Origin: Aplysia californica | Taxonomy: Eukaryota | Assembly (NCBI RefSeq): GCF_000002075.1 | Contig: NW_004798019.1 | Coordinates: 131,911 to 195,222, forward strand | Direction of reading: 5' to 3' | DNA: 63,312 bases | In this document: positions 26,701 to 40,562 of the stretch, piece after piece | Numbering within the stretch: the first letter of the stretch is position 1 | Layout: every line of letters begins with the position of its first letter | Notes under the pieces: model-generated | What the model was told of the DNA's origin: nothing | Database searches by the model: none | Seen by the model: only the letters and a program-made list of their open reading frames with translations | Made by a program: the position numbers and the translations under genes

Positions 26701-29700
26701 AGAAAATCCAAAGAGACATCCAAAAGATAATGCAGCAGAAATCAATACCTAGACATAAATAGAAACAACAGAGAGAAAGAAAAGAATTAAGACTATCTTA
26801 TACCCCCACCCCACCGTGCCGCATTATAAAGTCACCTGGACTCCTCATGAGCATTAAAGAAAAGGCATTCTTTGATGATCTACTTAGAATCCTGAATGCT
26901 GAGCATCAGAACAACAACAAAAAACCCCCCACAAACACAACAAGCATAAACAACCACGTTTTTTCAGAATTTGCTCATACAATCACTGCAATACAAAGCA
27001 ATGTCACTCCACAAGCAGACCTTTTGAAAACTTACCTTTAAAATAATGCCTTTCAGAGCATCCTCTGGTTTACGAACCATTGTCTGTACAGTCTGTGGCA
27101 AATAAAAATCACATTTTCTTCATTATAACAATGCCTCTCCCAAAAGTACAAACACAATTGCATAACAGTAATAATTAGCTCATCAATATACAGATTAAGA
27201 TGACTTGTGATGTCTGCTGTGGCCAATGAGACCAATTCTTACTTTGAGAGCATTCATTTAATTTCCCCTCAGACCACTCAATATTTTGTTTGAGTAAACT
27301 TTAAGCACTTGGAACACAAATTGGTCGCATTAGTGCCTTATATTACAGGTGTCACCAGAAAGCAACATTTAAACAAAAATAGGGAGGAGGGATAAGGATA
27401 ACAGATGTTTCATAGGAAAGGAGAACTAAACCACATGAGAGCAGCACCCCTTCAATCACCGATGAAAAGCTGTTTCTTATTGCAGCAGGGAGAGTTGTTT
27501 AGGAAGAGAGTAGAAGGAAGAAGTGGTCACCAGAGCTCCAGCCAGCAGGTTGGGCCAATGGAGCAACTGAAAAAAAAAGTTTATACTGGCTTTTTGCCCC
27601 TTGCAAAGCAGTGAGGTTATTTAAGAGGGAAGACCTCCGAATTTAACATACATCTCCGACAGGACTGATCCAAACTGGTAAATTTGTGTAAAATGGCTTT
27701 TCCAAGGACTCAACATCAGACGAGCTGAGACGTGAACCCTTGAACCCATGAACTTCCCCGCTGTTAGAATTTCCTGAAGGTAATCACAAAGCAGGCACAG
27801 CCGTTGGACTTAATTTGTTGATGAGATAACAAGATAGCTATGTTTTGTTGGGTTTTTTTTTTGTCTTCTTCCCTGGAATTATTTAATAGACTCTGGCTAT
27901 ACAAAAGCGAAAAGTCAATAAATTACCCGTCGATATACATTCATTAAAATTTTGACGAATAGACAATGCGAAATAAAGCTGAAACCTAGGTCATGGTAAA
28001 AGATCAGCCACTCAGAAAAAAAGAATGCATAAGCACCAAACACATAGTTCTGTTTTAGTTTTAGTAAGAGTTTTACAGTACTTGCAACACAATAAGTGCT
28101 GAAGATTAGAGGTGTTATAAGAGAGTAACAAACTCAAAAAGGAGAGATCAGGACGACAGATATTTGATAGAAAAGAAGGAGCAAATGTCACCAGAGCACC
28201 CTCCAACCATGTGCCAAACACAAAGCTCATGATTCAAAACAAACAGAAAATGTAGCACTTACGCGTATCGGGTGCTTCAAAGCCTCGCTCACGGTAAAAC
28301 GTGACGTTTCTCTAACAAGAGAAGGCTTTCCCAATCTGGCTTCAATGGACCGAGCTACCAGGCCAATGCTGTGCTTGGCACCATAGTAGCCAACCACGAT
28401 AAGAGTGGCACCTCCAGCCTTGCAATAGAGAAAAAAACATTTCAAGTTTGGTTTATACACCTTAAATCTACAAATATAGAATAAGACAAGGTAACTATTG
28501 GAGGGGGTAATGTCTACACTTTTCATGCAAACATTTTGTTTTAAATTGGCATGGAAGGGCTATTCAGTTTCACTCTTGAGAGGCTTGTTGGTTGTCAAGG
28601 AAAAATAGCCAACTATCTGGAATAGTAGTTTTGAAAAATAACATCCACTGAATGGCTTTAAATCTGTACTTTAAGAGTGATTATAATCATGTTGACTTGA
28701 CATTTGGGAAGTTTACAGCAGTACATATTGAGGAATCAATATTTCCTCTTTCACATAACATGTTTTATTACTGTACTGCTTGCTGATGGGTAGACTTATT
28801 ATAATCATTTGTCAATGGAAAATTTAATCATTTTAAATCACGCTGTACAATAAAAACGGGTGGGGACTCTACAACGCTAAATGAACTTGCAAAACAGAAG
28901 AACTTTTAATAAAGACAGAAGAAATACTCACAAAAGCAGTGATCATGTTCCAGTTGTTCAGAAATGTGGACATCCCAGACCCAAGAACAGAACCGATAGT
29001 GCTGAGGAAAAGAAGTGGAAAATATCAGTGGAAAATATCAGTGGAAATTCAGAGCAAATGTCCAGGAAACATATGAAAGCGGTTGGGCTTCACGAGTATT
29101 TTCGTCAACAATCTCATAAGTGTCAAAAAGTTTGCTTTAAAGCAAGACAAGTTACTTAAACATACTACATGCTTCATTTAAGGCCAACACTCATTTATAG
29201 GAAACATTCAATTGTCAACAGTCCAGCTAAACAAACCAATTCACTTACGTGATAGATTCTAGTGTTGTCTTCCTCTTTTCCTCTGCCTTCAGCTTTATTT
29301 GCTCTCTGATGATGTCTTTGTTCTCCCTCTCCACTTTGGCCCTGCCTTTCATCTCTGCCTCAATTCTCATCATGTCGTGCTTGTGGCGTATTTCCGCCTC
29401 TTTCTGCATTGATGCTGAAACAAAGATCCACACATTGGGCTGAGTGGCAGTTAACTACGAGTCCACACAACAACTGTCATATTCTTACCAAGAACAGATT
29501 AGGGTAAAGACTCCACACTATAACAGAAGAACAATACAAGATGAACAGTAAACTAAAAGCAAAGAAAAACAATTTGGACAAAGACAAAACTTTCTTTCAT
29601 TGCAGGACAATCAACCTGTGCAGAAAGAAAATCTTTTATTCAGTCAAATCAGGCAAGAGCAGAAATTACAGAGTGATAAAATGACAAATCCAAAAATGAA

Positions 29701-30531
29701 AATACTTTAATTTTGACACAAGAGGAAAAGTTCCCATAACATGCACCACATTTTTCCTCTTACCTAATCTTAGCTGTTCTTGTTTTTGGACAGATTCTTC
29801 CTGCTTTCGAAGATTCTCTTCATTCATTCGAGCCTGCAGTAACAATATAAAAAAAAGTATAAAATACAATACTAATTTTTCTTGAAATGCGTAACAAATT
29901 CCAGACTAGAAAAGCCTGAATTTTTACTTCATTGCCAATTTCCAAAGACTGAAAAAAGAGTTACGCATCTTTCACTGCAATAGTTAGCTCATGACCAAAA
30001 AAGAAATCCTTAATTTTTCACCACAGTTGTCCAGATGGCACTGTGGAAAAGCAAGACGCATAGCAAAAAAGAAAAGAGGTTTAATAAAAGAGTAGGAGCT
30101 ATCTCTGACACTCTCCAACCACCAAAACAGTCTAATATGTGAGAGGGTATAATGAACAGGAGAAGTAAAACATGTTTTTCTTTTGCAAAAAAACCCCCAA
30201 TCAACAATAAAAATACAACCCATAGATAAACAAAATATATAAGAGATCTTTTCAAAGAACAAGACGCTCATCATCAAGAAGCAATAACAATGTAGCACTA
30301 CTAGCATCAGTTACCATTTACACACATCAGGCCACGTGTAAACACAGAATATGTTTGGTACAGTGGAAACCATATATAACAGGCCCGGTAATAACAGGGA
30401 TCCGGTAATAGGGATTTTCTAAATCCCCGTTTTTTCCTACGCTTTGTCTCTATTAAAAGTTATCGGCAATAACAGGACCTCATCGGAGCCCAACCGGTTA
30501 TTACAGGGACAAAGGCTCGTTAACAATGTGT

Positions 30532-30581
<50 letters not shown>

Positions 30582-33500
30582 AAGCCTACTTCTTTCATTA
30601 TGGCCCCCAACGATGCCAAGCGCAAGAGAAATGCCTTTCAATTGACAAAATATGCGAAATAACCCAGGCTGTTGACTAAAAGCAAGCTCCACTGACAGAG
30701 ATTTGTCATCAGTTCGACATTCCACAAGGGTCGATTCACACCATTATCAAGGACAGAGAGAAGATAGTGGCAGCATACTCCAATGGAAACTTTGCTCTGG
30801 ATCGAAAGATGACGAGACTACCTGATGCTGTGGACCAAGCTCTTCTGATGTGGTATAAGGAGGCAAGGAGAAATTTGGTGTCAAAACCCCTGTTCGTGGG
30901 TACTTGTGGCAAGGGAAACTACCCATGAATAAGTACAGCTGGATTAGTCCACAAATGCTTACTTTCCTTGCATTTCTGATTTAACAGGGATCGGATATAA
31001 CAGGACTTTTTCTCTATTCCCACCATCTCTGTTATATCAGGTTTCCACTGTATCTTGTCAAATTGAACTTAAGGCCTAAAATTATTAATTTCCCCATATC
31101 ATATGTCATACATCTGAAAATAGTGCTTTCAAAATAATTTGAACTCAAAATCAAAAAGTATTCTGACAAAGGAAAGAAACTAAAATTAAAAGAGAATCAC
31201 ATTCACATGAGTTTGACCATTCAGCGCATACAGTATATAATAATACAGACAGTCAGAAACAATAGAAAGATAGCATAGCACGACCTATTAATGATTGCAC
31301 ACTATAACCACATACTAGATTCTAGAAGCAATCCTGTTTTCCACACAGGTAAAAACAAAACAATATACCTGCTGAGCGAGTTGATCTTCGTAGCGTTTTC
31401 TAGCCAGCTGATCATCATACTGGGCTCTGTACTGCTGCTGTTTCGTCTCCTCTGCCAGGATCTTCCTCTTCTCCTCTCCAGCCACACGCGTCTGCTCCAG
31501 TTTAAGCTGTTCCAAGTGAGCTTCATATTCCTAAGAGAGAACAAAGTAACAATAAACTTATTATCTTATTTCAGTATATATGCAAACAAAATCAGAGCAT
31601 GCATGGATGGCTGATGCTGTATTCAGTTGTAGTGTCTAGCTAGCAGCTCAAGTATATTTGTCAATAAATTTTAAATATCAGCTGATGTAGAGCTTTGACC
31701 TTGAAAAAGACCTATGTTTTGAAGGGGCTGAGCCCTCGGATTTGTTAACAGTGCATCTGGGTGTGGGAGTGGGAGTGATGTTATACACAGAATATCCCTG
31801 AGCAGGCCTTATATGGTAGAATACAGTATCGCGATAGACCACCAGGTAGACTGGTCAGTCAGGTGGGTTATATGGTAAGACCATCAAATGGACTGGCACC
31901 AGGGTTACTTCGAAAGATCAAACAACCCCTTCAAATATGAAGAAAGTTTAGAACAGAATACCTTGATTTGCTTTTGTGACTCAAGAGCTTTTGTCCTCTC
32001 CTGTTCCTGAATCAGCAACAAAGACTCCTTCGCATGTTCTGTCAAGATAGAAGAAATATTCTTAAACATAAAGAATAATAAAGTAAAACGCATATATGTC
32101 ATAATGCAACATCATAGGGAACCAGTTTGATTGCTTTTGTAAAAACTACATATTGTGCAGCACAAACCTCAACACAAAAGTACAGAAACGATACACAATT
32201 TTATTTTACCCAAAACCCCCCTCAAAAACAACCACCCAACTAATCAAATGAGCAGAATATTCAAACAAAAAAATAGCTTCTGAAAAAATCCTGTTCAGTT
32301 GCTGGAAGTAAAATCTTGCTATTATTAAATTGAATATGAGTTCAGTACAATGAGGGGTTGGGTCAGGTTCCTTCTTTATTGTGTTTGTTGGGGTGGTTGT
32401 TCGTTACGGAAGTCCTTCAGATTTTCTAATAGAACAGCATATTGTCATTGTTAAATCTCTGTAGGCTCAGGCCTATCCTGAGTGGACAATGACTTTTAAA
32501 GCCAATCTTTTATTCTAGCGCTGAATGCCCTCTATTCATGCTCTCAAAACTAGAGCTGTACCCCGGTAGCAAACCCGCTCATGCTCGCAAGCCCCTAGTT
32601 CAAGTCACAAGCATCAAATCACTAGGTCAAATCATCAAATCAAATCACCAGCATGATAAGTTGAGTCTAGCACAAACTGTAACCTCCTTGGTCTAGTCTG
32701 AACTTCAAGTCCACACCAACTAGCAATCCGCGAAGCCACTCGTGTCAGACTCCCTTATCCTCCCCACCCTGCTAGCAATCCGCGAAGCCACGTACGTCAG
32801 AAAAAGAGAGAGGGGGAGAGTGAGAGATCCCGCTCACAGTGTCACTGTGCGGCGTAGCGCTGTAGTCTGCTCGATTAATTGAAGGCTTGCAAGCAGCGGA
32901 CAGCCGTCAAGTCTCAAATCCCGTCCGCAGCACACAAGTCCCATAGTATTGTTTTGTGCTAGTGAATTGCTCACTGCCGGGCAAGTCTCTCGGCTCCCAT
33001 TTTTTGCTTTGGCTCCCAGGACCAGCTCGAAAGCTGACAAGTCACTCTGCTGACTTGCTGTTGCAGCGAGCAGCAGGACCGCTCGCTGTGTGAACTCTGA
33101 ACCGTGGAGGAAGGGAGAGGCTGTGCTTGTTTTGGTGCAAGACATAGAGAGCTGAAGTTATTCTTAACTTCCCGTCGTTGATCAGCTTAGCGAGTGGATA
33201 AGTGAGAGGGAGCGTGGTATTGTAGTAACAGAGACCGAGGTTTCTGGTAGTAATAAGAATAAGCAGACTTAGATTACCCTAGAATGGAAAACTCCAGGGG
33301 TCATTGTGATTGGCTTTTGTATCGTATCATGTATGTAACCTATTTTGTAGATGTTTTACACTCACAGTGACATATATAATACAGAACATTTAGGAGACGG
33401 GCTAGGCCTATTCCAACCCAATGTCAGGGCCAACCTGGGCTGAGAGGGATCAACGCCCCAGCAGAAAGACTGAGGTACTCAGTAAAATTTCTCCCCATAC

Positions 33501-35519
33501 GGGAATCGAACTGAAGTCTTTTGCGTGCGACGATGAAGCGCTTGGCTCGTGCACATTAAAAATAAACAGGCCTTTGCATTGTAAGAATAGCCGATCCAAC
33601 ATTAGATTTAATTTTTAAATGCATTGAATAGAGCTTTTTATTTTTTACAACCCAAATATGAAAAAAACAACAATCTTGCACTTTTGGTGCAAGCCTCTCA
33701 ACGCAAATAACCAGATAATCTTCGGTAATATGTACTGAGCCCACAGCCACGAAGGTTCGCAGCGTCACGACACAGTACAGCAGGACTGTCTGCGAGTCAC
33801 AACTCACCGGAAGTTCCCCCCGGTAGCAAGCAGGAGGCAAAGCAAAGCACAAGCCTGCTCGCAAGCCTCTCTAGCACAAGCCGTCTGCTGCTTTGCAAGC
33901 CTTCGATTAATCGAGCAGAATCCAGCTCTACTCAAAACTGTAAATAGTACTTGTACTTTAGTGAAAAACGGTTGGTTTGTGAAAGAGAACCAGAAACAAA
34001 GGGAGAAGATGGGAGAAAACGGGAGTGTCAGGGAGGGAGGGATAGAGGANNNNNNNNNNNNNNNNNNNNNNNNNNNNNNNNNNNNNNNNNNNNNNNNNNN
34101 NNNNNNNNNNNNNNNNNNNNNNNNNNNNNNNNNNNNNNNNNNNNNNNNNNNNNNNNNNNNNNNNNNNNNNNNNNNNNNNNNNNNNNNNNNNNNNNNNNNN
34201 NNNNNNNNNNNNNNNNNNNNNNNNNNNNNNNNNNNNNNNNNNNNNNNNNNNNNNNNNNNNNNNNNNNNNNNNNNNNNNNNNNNNNNNNNNNNNNNNNNNN
34301 NNNNNNNNNNNNNNNNTTGTCAGGAAAAGAGAAACCAGAAGCAACAGACAGGGAAACAAAAAAAGAAGTTTTATAATTGATTTGAATTGGAAATAAAAGT
34401 TTCTTGCAGATTCACGATAGGCCTACTGAAAATATTTGGGGATAGCCGCTCCGAAACAAGAGGCAAAGAAAAAAGGATAAGATCCACAAAGAATTTAAAA
34501 AAATTGTGCATGATAGATGAGCAAATCCAGATTTGAAACTTGTGCTAAAACAGTAACAAAATTTAAGACCAGATTCTAAATGCTATAAAGAAATAGATAT
34601 CTAGATCTAGATTCTAGATCTAGTATTACTAGATCTAGATCTAGAAAATCTAGACTAAATGTTGCATCAGCCATACTCTTTCTTGAAAGTTCTTATATTT
34701 CCGTTTAGTTCATATTACTTTGACTTGTATTCAAAATTTCATCTAGAAAATCTAGATCTAGAAATCAAATCTGTTTCATTTAGTGCTTACTGTTTAGGTA
34801 TATCTAGAAATCTAGATCTATATAAAAAAGTTCTATGATGTTACACATTTCAAACCACTCCGGATAAATCCTTGGGGCAAAGTTTTTACTATGAGACGCA
34901 TAATTTCTCAATAAGCTGAGTAAGTGTCTATGTTGAATGAACATTCTGCTGTATTATAATAGTCATAGTCTAGGCCTTCGATGCCTCCAATTCTCGGCAC
35001 ACCCGAGACAGTTATAGAACCTTAAGACTATTTAATCTATCCTAAATCTTGTCTATTTTCCTCTCTTCCTCTTTAGCTCAGTCTTCCCTTACAACTTGCA
35101 CCTTTTAGTCTTTAGTCAAGTTGTCTGCATCTTGCAGAGTTGGTCAGTAGGTTAAACCGACTGCTGCTCTTCGTGCATGCAACTTGTTCTTTCAGTTAAT
35201 ATTCTTGCCAACGGAAGCTACGGTACAAAACTGCAAACTGACCAAGAAACCAGTAAGAAATCTGGAACAATGCAATTGCATCTGTCAGTACCAAGGCGTA
35301 TTATATTTTGTAGTTTGTAGGCCTAACCCACTCACTTGAATTTTCTAGCTCCTTGGCCGCTTTTGCAGCTCGCTCCAGTGCCGACGAGTCAAAAGAGTAT
35401 TCCATTTGCGATTTTTTCCCTTTATCTCCGCCATCTGAGCCGTCTGGGGGAGGCAATGGGATCTGAGGGAAGCCTCCGGCATTCTGTGGTGGATTCTTTC
35501 CACCAAATAACCAAGACAT
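20711..35519 (-). CDS. ATAD3: ATPase family AAA domain-containing protein 3 (mitochondrial ATAD3), complete 15-exon gene, 625 aa
   Basis: Minus-strand exons: 35336-35519, 31962-32038, 31369-31530, 29764-29833, 29249-29414, 28932-29001, 28263-28418, 27036-27092, 26182-26307, 24257-24381, 23734-23785, 23038-23108, 22330-22497, 21491-21599, 20711-20995. All introns are GT-AG, phases are compatible, total 1878 nt. Motifs: MSWLFG start, [17 protein letters not shown], coiled coils, TM segment [28 protein letters not shown], Walker A GPPGTGKT, Walker [36 protein letters not shown]. Confidence 0.97.
24635..25743. mobile_element. 1.1-kb non-autonomous DNA transposon with 14-bp TIRs and a 6-bp TSD
   Basis: CAGACCTGCCACTC (24635-24648) and GAGTGGCAGGTCTG (25730-25743), flanked by AGTGAG on both sides, with AAATC(A/G)GGAT subterminal repeats. 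Confidence 0.8.
26182..26307 (-). CDS. ATAD3: ATAD3 exon 9 (Walker A)
   Basis: [42 protein letters not shown] flanked by AG and GT. Confidence 0.95.
30361..31050 (+). mobile_element. Tigger/pogo deletion derivative in an ATAD3 intron
   Basis: TA|CAGTGGAAACC...GGTTTCCACTG|TA termini. Internal remnant [13 protein letters not shown]...[17 protein letters not shown]...[16 protein letters not shown] resembles the HTH-psq/CENP-B N-terminus. Confidence 0.85.
32854..33931. mobile_element. Non-autonomous element with ~50-bp imperfect TIRs and a nested SINE
   Basis: GTAGCGCTGTAGTCTGCTCGATTAATTGAAGGCTTGCAAGCAGCGGACAGC versus the reverse complement of the right end, GTAGAGCTGGATTCTGCTCGATTAATCGAAGGCTTGCAAAGCAGCAGACGGC. 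Confidence 0.65.
34597..34820. repeat. TCTAGA/AGATCT palindromic low-complexity array (also 49975-50215 and 53165-53185)
   Basis: Repeated ATCTAGATCTAG units. Confidence 0.85.
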
Positions 35520-35589
35520 TTTCTCTTCACTTGTTGTAGACTAGGAATGACATTGATGTTTCACCATGCAATTTTTCACGTGGGGAAAG

Positions 35590-35610
35590 GGTCACACGCA
35601 TGCGTTGTGA
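35590..35610. promoter_or_regulatory. NRF1-like palindrome in the ATAD3 proximal promoter
   Basis: ACGCATGCGT at 35596-35605, about 80 bp upstream of the ATG. It resembles the NRF-1/EWG consensus (GCGCATGCGC) found at nuclear-encoded mitochondrial genes. Confidence 0.35.
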
Positions 35611-38600
35611 ATATTTTGGTGTGGTAACGTAAAAATTAGGAGTGACCGGTGTTGACCCGGTGATGCTATAATTTTGCATCCGGTTTTCTAATTTCTATCT
35701 CCCGGTGTTGCGTTGGACACGCACCCCAAAATTCTTATTCTATTACGGATATTACTTGCACTTGTTATTTTTTATTCTTCTCAAAATTTGTACTTCCTTC
35801 TAAATATAAGTAACAACTTACATACACGTAGTATAGTCTGTGATTGACTTTTGGGGGTTAGCGAAACATATGGATAGGGCCTTNNNNNNNNNNNNNNNNN
35901 NNNNNNNNNNNNNNNNNNNNNNNNNNNNNNNNNNNNNNNNNNNNNNNNNNNNNNNNNNNNNNNNNNNNNNNNNNNNNNNNNNNNNNNNNNNNNNNNNNNN
36001 NNNNNNNNNNNNNNNNNNNNAAATGGGGGGGGGGGGATAGAAGGGGCAAAAGAGGAGATTCAATCGAAGGGGAGGAGCTGGTATTGGTAGAAGAGGAGAA
36101 AAAAGGGAGAGGAAAATTAGGGGCTGAAGGTGTGAGAGTGAGAGCATGAAGAATAAGAGAAAGAGAGATACGAAAGGAGCAGGGAGAACAACAGAAAGAG
36201 GGAAAGGAGCAGGAGAAAGACACATTGGAGAAAGGAAAAAGAAATAACCATGCCATAATATACAGTATTGGGGACATGGGTGGAAGTGAGCATGATGAAG
36301 AGTAGGTACTTGGAAGAGGGACAGGAGGAGTAGGAGAAGAAAGAAGAAGAAAGAAGAAGAAAGAAAAGAACTGATGGTGTATGCTGCATATGCATGAGGC
36401 AAATGAAGTGGAGAAGGACAATAAAGAAAGAGAGGAATTACAGTAACTTATTGGGAAAAGGAGAGTAGGAACTAGAGTAGGCCTTTATATGTTTAACTAA
36501 AAAAAAAGAAAAAAACAAGAGCACACATAGAATCAAATGCACATATTATGTTTTTAATATAAAAATGATTAATCTTGTGAAGACCAAACTTTAAACTTAC
36601 ATTATACTGTATGTCAGTCCCATAAAAAAACTCATTATAGTGAGACTTGAGACCAGAACAAAAATTTGCAGTGACATCTGCAACTGCATGTAAAAATTTA
36701 CATGTGACACATACATAAACTTCTTATATACTCCCTTGCTGAAAGAGGCCGGATTTACACATATTTGAAGGCTAAGGGATGGAAAAAAAAACCCATAACC
36801 TCAAAGAAAATTAGAGGAAAAAAAAGGAAACAATTGTAATATTTGTACGAAAGGGGTACATTACTAAATTTACAGTCCAACTATGCGTAGGAATTGTAGG
36901 ATACCCCTATTTATCAAACGAAAGTAGTATTAGCAGAAGTTCTATACACCTCTTTTTGAAAAATTAATAATAAAAATAATTCACAACACTAATGAAATTC
37001 AATATGGTCTTGAATAACCATAAAAAACAAATATAACCAGAGTACACGAGAAAGAATATTGTAAGGATAACTCAAACTCATAAGGACAGCCTCAGTTGTT
37101 TTAGTTCACTTGATCTCATGTAAATGGTAATCAGAATGTAGACTTTTCCAAACAACTAATTAACAGAATGAAGGTGAGTGCTTTGATATATCAATAGCAA
37201 TGCAAGCCAACATCCTGTTCTCAGTACATGTACAAATTTATTTAATTCTCATGTCACCATATTAACACTCCCCCTCCCTCAACGGTCTACTCTGGGCCTC
37301 TCTCATCATTGCTTACCAGGAGAAAGTGACATGTGGCCTTGAAGGGTGTAGTTAAGATAATAGAACTTGCCTTCTCAATAGAGCACATTGCTTTACTTGT
37401 CTTTCATTTATGACCTTTTCGTCCTTTCATCTCAGTGCACACTGCCTTAGAATATATTGAAGACAACACCAAGTACCTCCACCTATCCATCCCCGTCTTG
37501 CTTAGAAGTATTTTTTCTTGCATCAGCACGCTGTCCACTCACCCTACTCAACTCATTCAATTGCTGCTATTCCTTGGTTCAAGATATTCTTTTGTATTTT
37601 ATATTTCTGGTCAAGGCTGGCCAGTGTAGACTGAGAATTTTGATGAAATCAAAGACACCAAATCTACTTCATTTAACCACCATCACAGCAAGGACTGCTT
37701 TTGAGTTAGTTTTGGGCTTATGTAAAATGATGAAATCGAGACCAAGATTTCAGACAGAAGAATCTGTGTTCTTGACATTCAAGTGAATGAAATAAATTAA
37801 AAAAATAATATCCTTATGTTCCTATTGACACAATTTAGATGATTTACAAGATTGACTTCCGACCCTGTCTGTCAGAGCCAACCTGAGCTGAGAGAGATGC
37901 AACATCCCAGTAGGAAAGTAGAAAGACTGAAACTGAAATAGTTAATAAAAATTCTCCCCACTTGAGAACAATCCAAATTCTGGTCTCCTACATGCAAAAT
38001 TGAAGCACCTAACAGCTGCACCATGCACGCTAGTCAAGTGTCATAGTTTGGTACAGTATTATGATTTAATGTTATTATAATACAACACCCAGGTATGTAA
38101 GCTGCCTCTGTTTGTGAAATTATAATAATAGTAATATAGTGGTCATTCATTGGGAATATGGGTTTAGCACACCTTTTCATTACTGAAAGGTTCTATGGAA
38201 GAAATGAAACCCCCTAAATTCAATGTACATCTTTGATAGCACCAGGCCAAGAAGGAGGAGAATTTTGAAAAGTTTTCAAACAATTCATTGTAGATTTGAA
38301 CTGGAATTATCCACACGATAGTGCACCATGATACAAACAGAACTAAAAATGAAACCCATATTAAAACAATTTCCCATTATCTTTCCCACATATCCAGAAG
38401 ACAAAAATAAACCTATACATCTGAAAATACCTTCCCCGAGTTCATTTCAAGCAAAGTCCACAGGTACAATAGCAGCTCTACAGCATCTCCCCAATCAAAG
38501 TCAAAGCATGTCCCAGCACATCTGAAATACTAGAAGGAGGTTAAAAAAACCACTACAGAGTAACACCCTCCGTATTTGTTAAATAAATGAACTTTTTTTA

Positions 38601-40562
38601 AATGGTATAATCAGCACCACTTAAAAGAGCCTCATGGATAACAAGATATCAGGTTCACAATAAATCCTCGGGTCTGATCTCATTCGATGTACAATAAAAA
38701 ACGTTATTTTATATCAGGCAATCAAACAGACATGCTCAACAATAACAGTGGTTCATTCATCGACAATATCCTGTATCAAATGAACAAGAAAGCCGGAAAA
38801 TAACAACTGAAGTGGACAAGTTGCACCTACATGATCCACAGCAGGCTTCAATTGATCGTGAACAAATGATGTGTCATGCGGTGTGTGCAGCGGAAGGAGA
38901 GGAAAGCTGGACGCATTTTAATGCTGATGCAAATTTTCTATTCAGTGACAAAGCAAGACCTTGGTCAAGCATCACATCGTCAGACTGTCTCCTCAGTGAG
39001 GGGGCGAGACTTGTAACAGGAATAAATGATTGAATGAAAAGCAGACACTGGGCGTTTGATCTACTGCAGATCTATATATGTGTTCTATTTCCCAACTGTG
39101 GTACCAATTTGATTACAAAATGTTCTTTAGTACACAAGAGCAGGCTGTAAAGCATTGACATGCACTATATAAATGCAATTAACAGTTGTTAGCATTTCCT
39201 ATGCATCTAGGATGATGTCTAATCAACCTTCATGAGACTTAAATACTGGAAATAAGAAAGGTAGAGATGAGGTGAAAAAAATATGATTGGGAAAGAAAGC
39301 AGCAATAACTGATAAATCGCCAGTGGGTAATCTATATTATATATATAATAAAAACAATCCCCTCTGATAATCATTTGTTACAGAGTGTGTGTAAACTTTA
39401 TTCCCTTCTATAACAGGATTCCGCTATAGAAGGGACATCAACTCGGTTCCTGCAGTCCTGTTAAAGCTGGGGCCCATTGTAATATCACTTTGACAGCTGT
39501 ATGGTAAAAAATTTGACCAAAACATAAAACCCCCCCCCAAAAAACAAAAACAAAAAACCCCCCAAAAACCCAAAACACGTACGTTTCAAGTACACTCATC
39601 TATGCAAATTGACAGTCAATTGCTTTTCTGAGCTGATATGCTAATAAAATTATGCATTACATAGAAATGTAGAATAAAAGTGGTCAGCATTCACTGGTCT
39701 GCCTATCGTGTCAAAAGTTACACATTCTGTGACTAAACTATAAAAAAACTCATGTCAACAAAACAGGATTGGATTATTACAAGAGACCCCCCCCCCTATT
39801 AAAATCAAATAACAATAAGAAGTGACCTGTCTTGACATTAATGTCAACAGAAAAAACTCTCTGACATCTCCTTTCGTTTCCACTTTCCGTTCCTTTCCCC
39901 CTTCCTCTTCTGCTCCATGTCTACTGTTACTCCTTGGCTTCTTCTCACTGCTTTCTTTCAGCCACACCCCTGATCTCAGAGTAGGGAAGATCTAGCATCT
40001 AGCCTTCTCAGATAAGGGTGAAAAAATCTCGTAGGTCCCGGGTGCATGTTGCGCACGTTAAAGATCCCTTGGTGGTCCTACATTGATAAGAGTAGGCTTT
40101 GGCCGCCATCCAGGGAAAATTCAAAATTAATTCTTACTAAACTGAAAAAGCTTAATGTATTCCTTGCGCTCATCATTTGAACTTATCAGTTGCGAGCCCC
40201 GTAAAACACTTATAAAAAAAAAAAAACCCCAACAAACAAAAGAACAACCACCCCCCCCCCCCAACCCAAGACAAAAAAACCCCCAAAATATACACACACT
40301 AAAAAATGTTAAAGGCATTAAAATTAAAATATAACAAAATCAATCTCAAGTCGCCAAATCATAATCGGACAAAAAAAAAAAAGAAGTAAAATCCACCCAA
40401 ACAAGAGTGGGACAATCACAGACCCCAAATGAATCAAAATGAAACAGATACAACGATAGATATTAAAAGTTACTCAAACAAAATCTGGACAATCAGACAC
40501 AAAACGAAAAAAAAGAAAGGAGATAATAAACACAAAAATCCACTCAATTAAAAAATTGACAA

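Noticed and set aside
35818-36421. Hydrophobic 187-194 aa ORFs
   Set aside because: Antisense translation of a purine-rich low-complexity tract that spans a gap.
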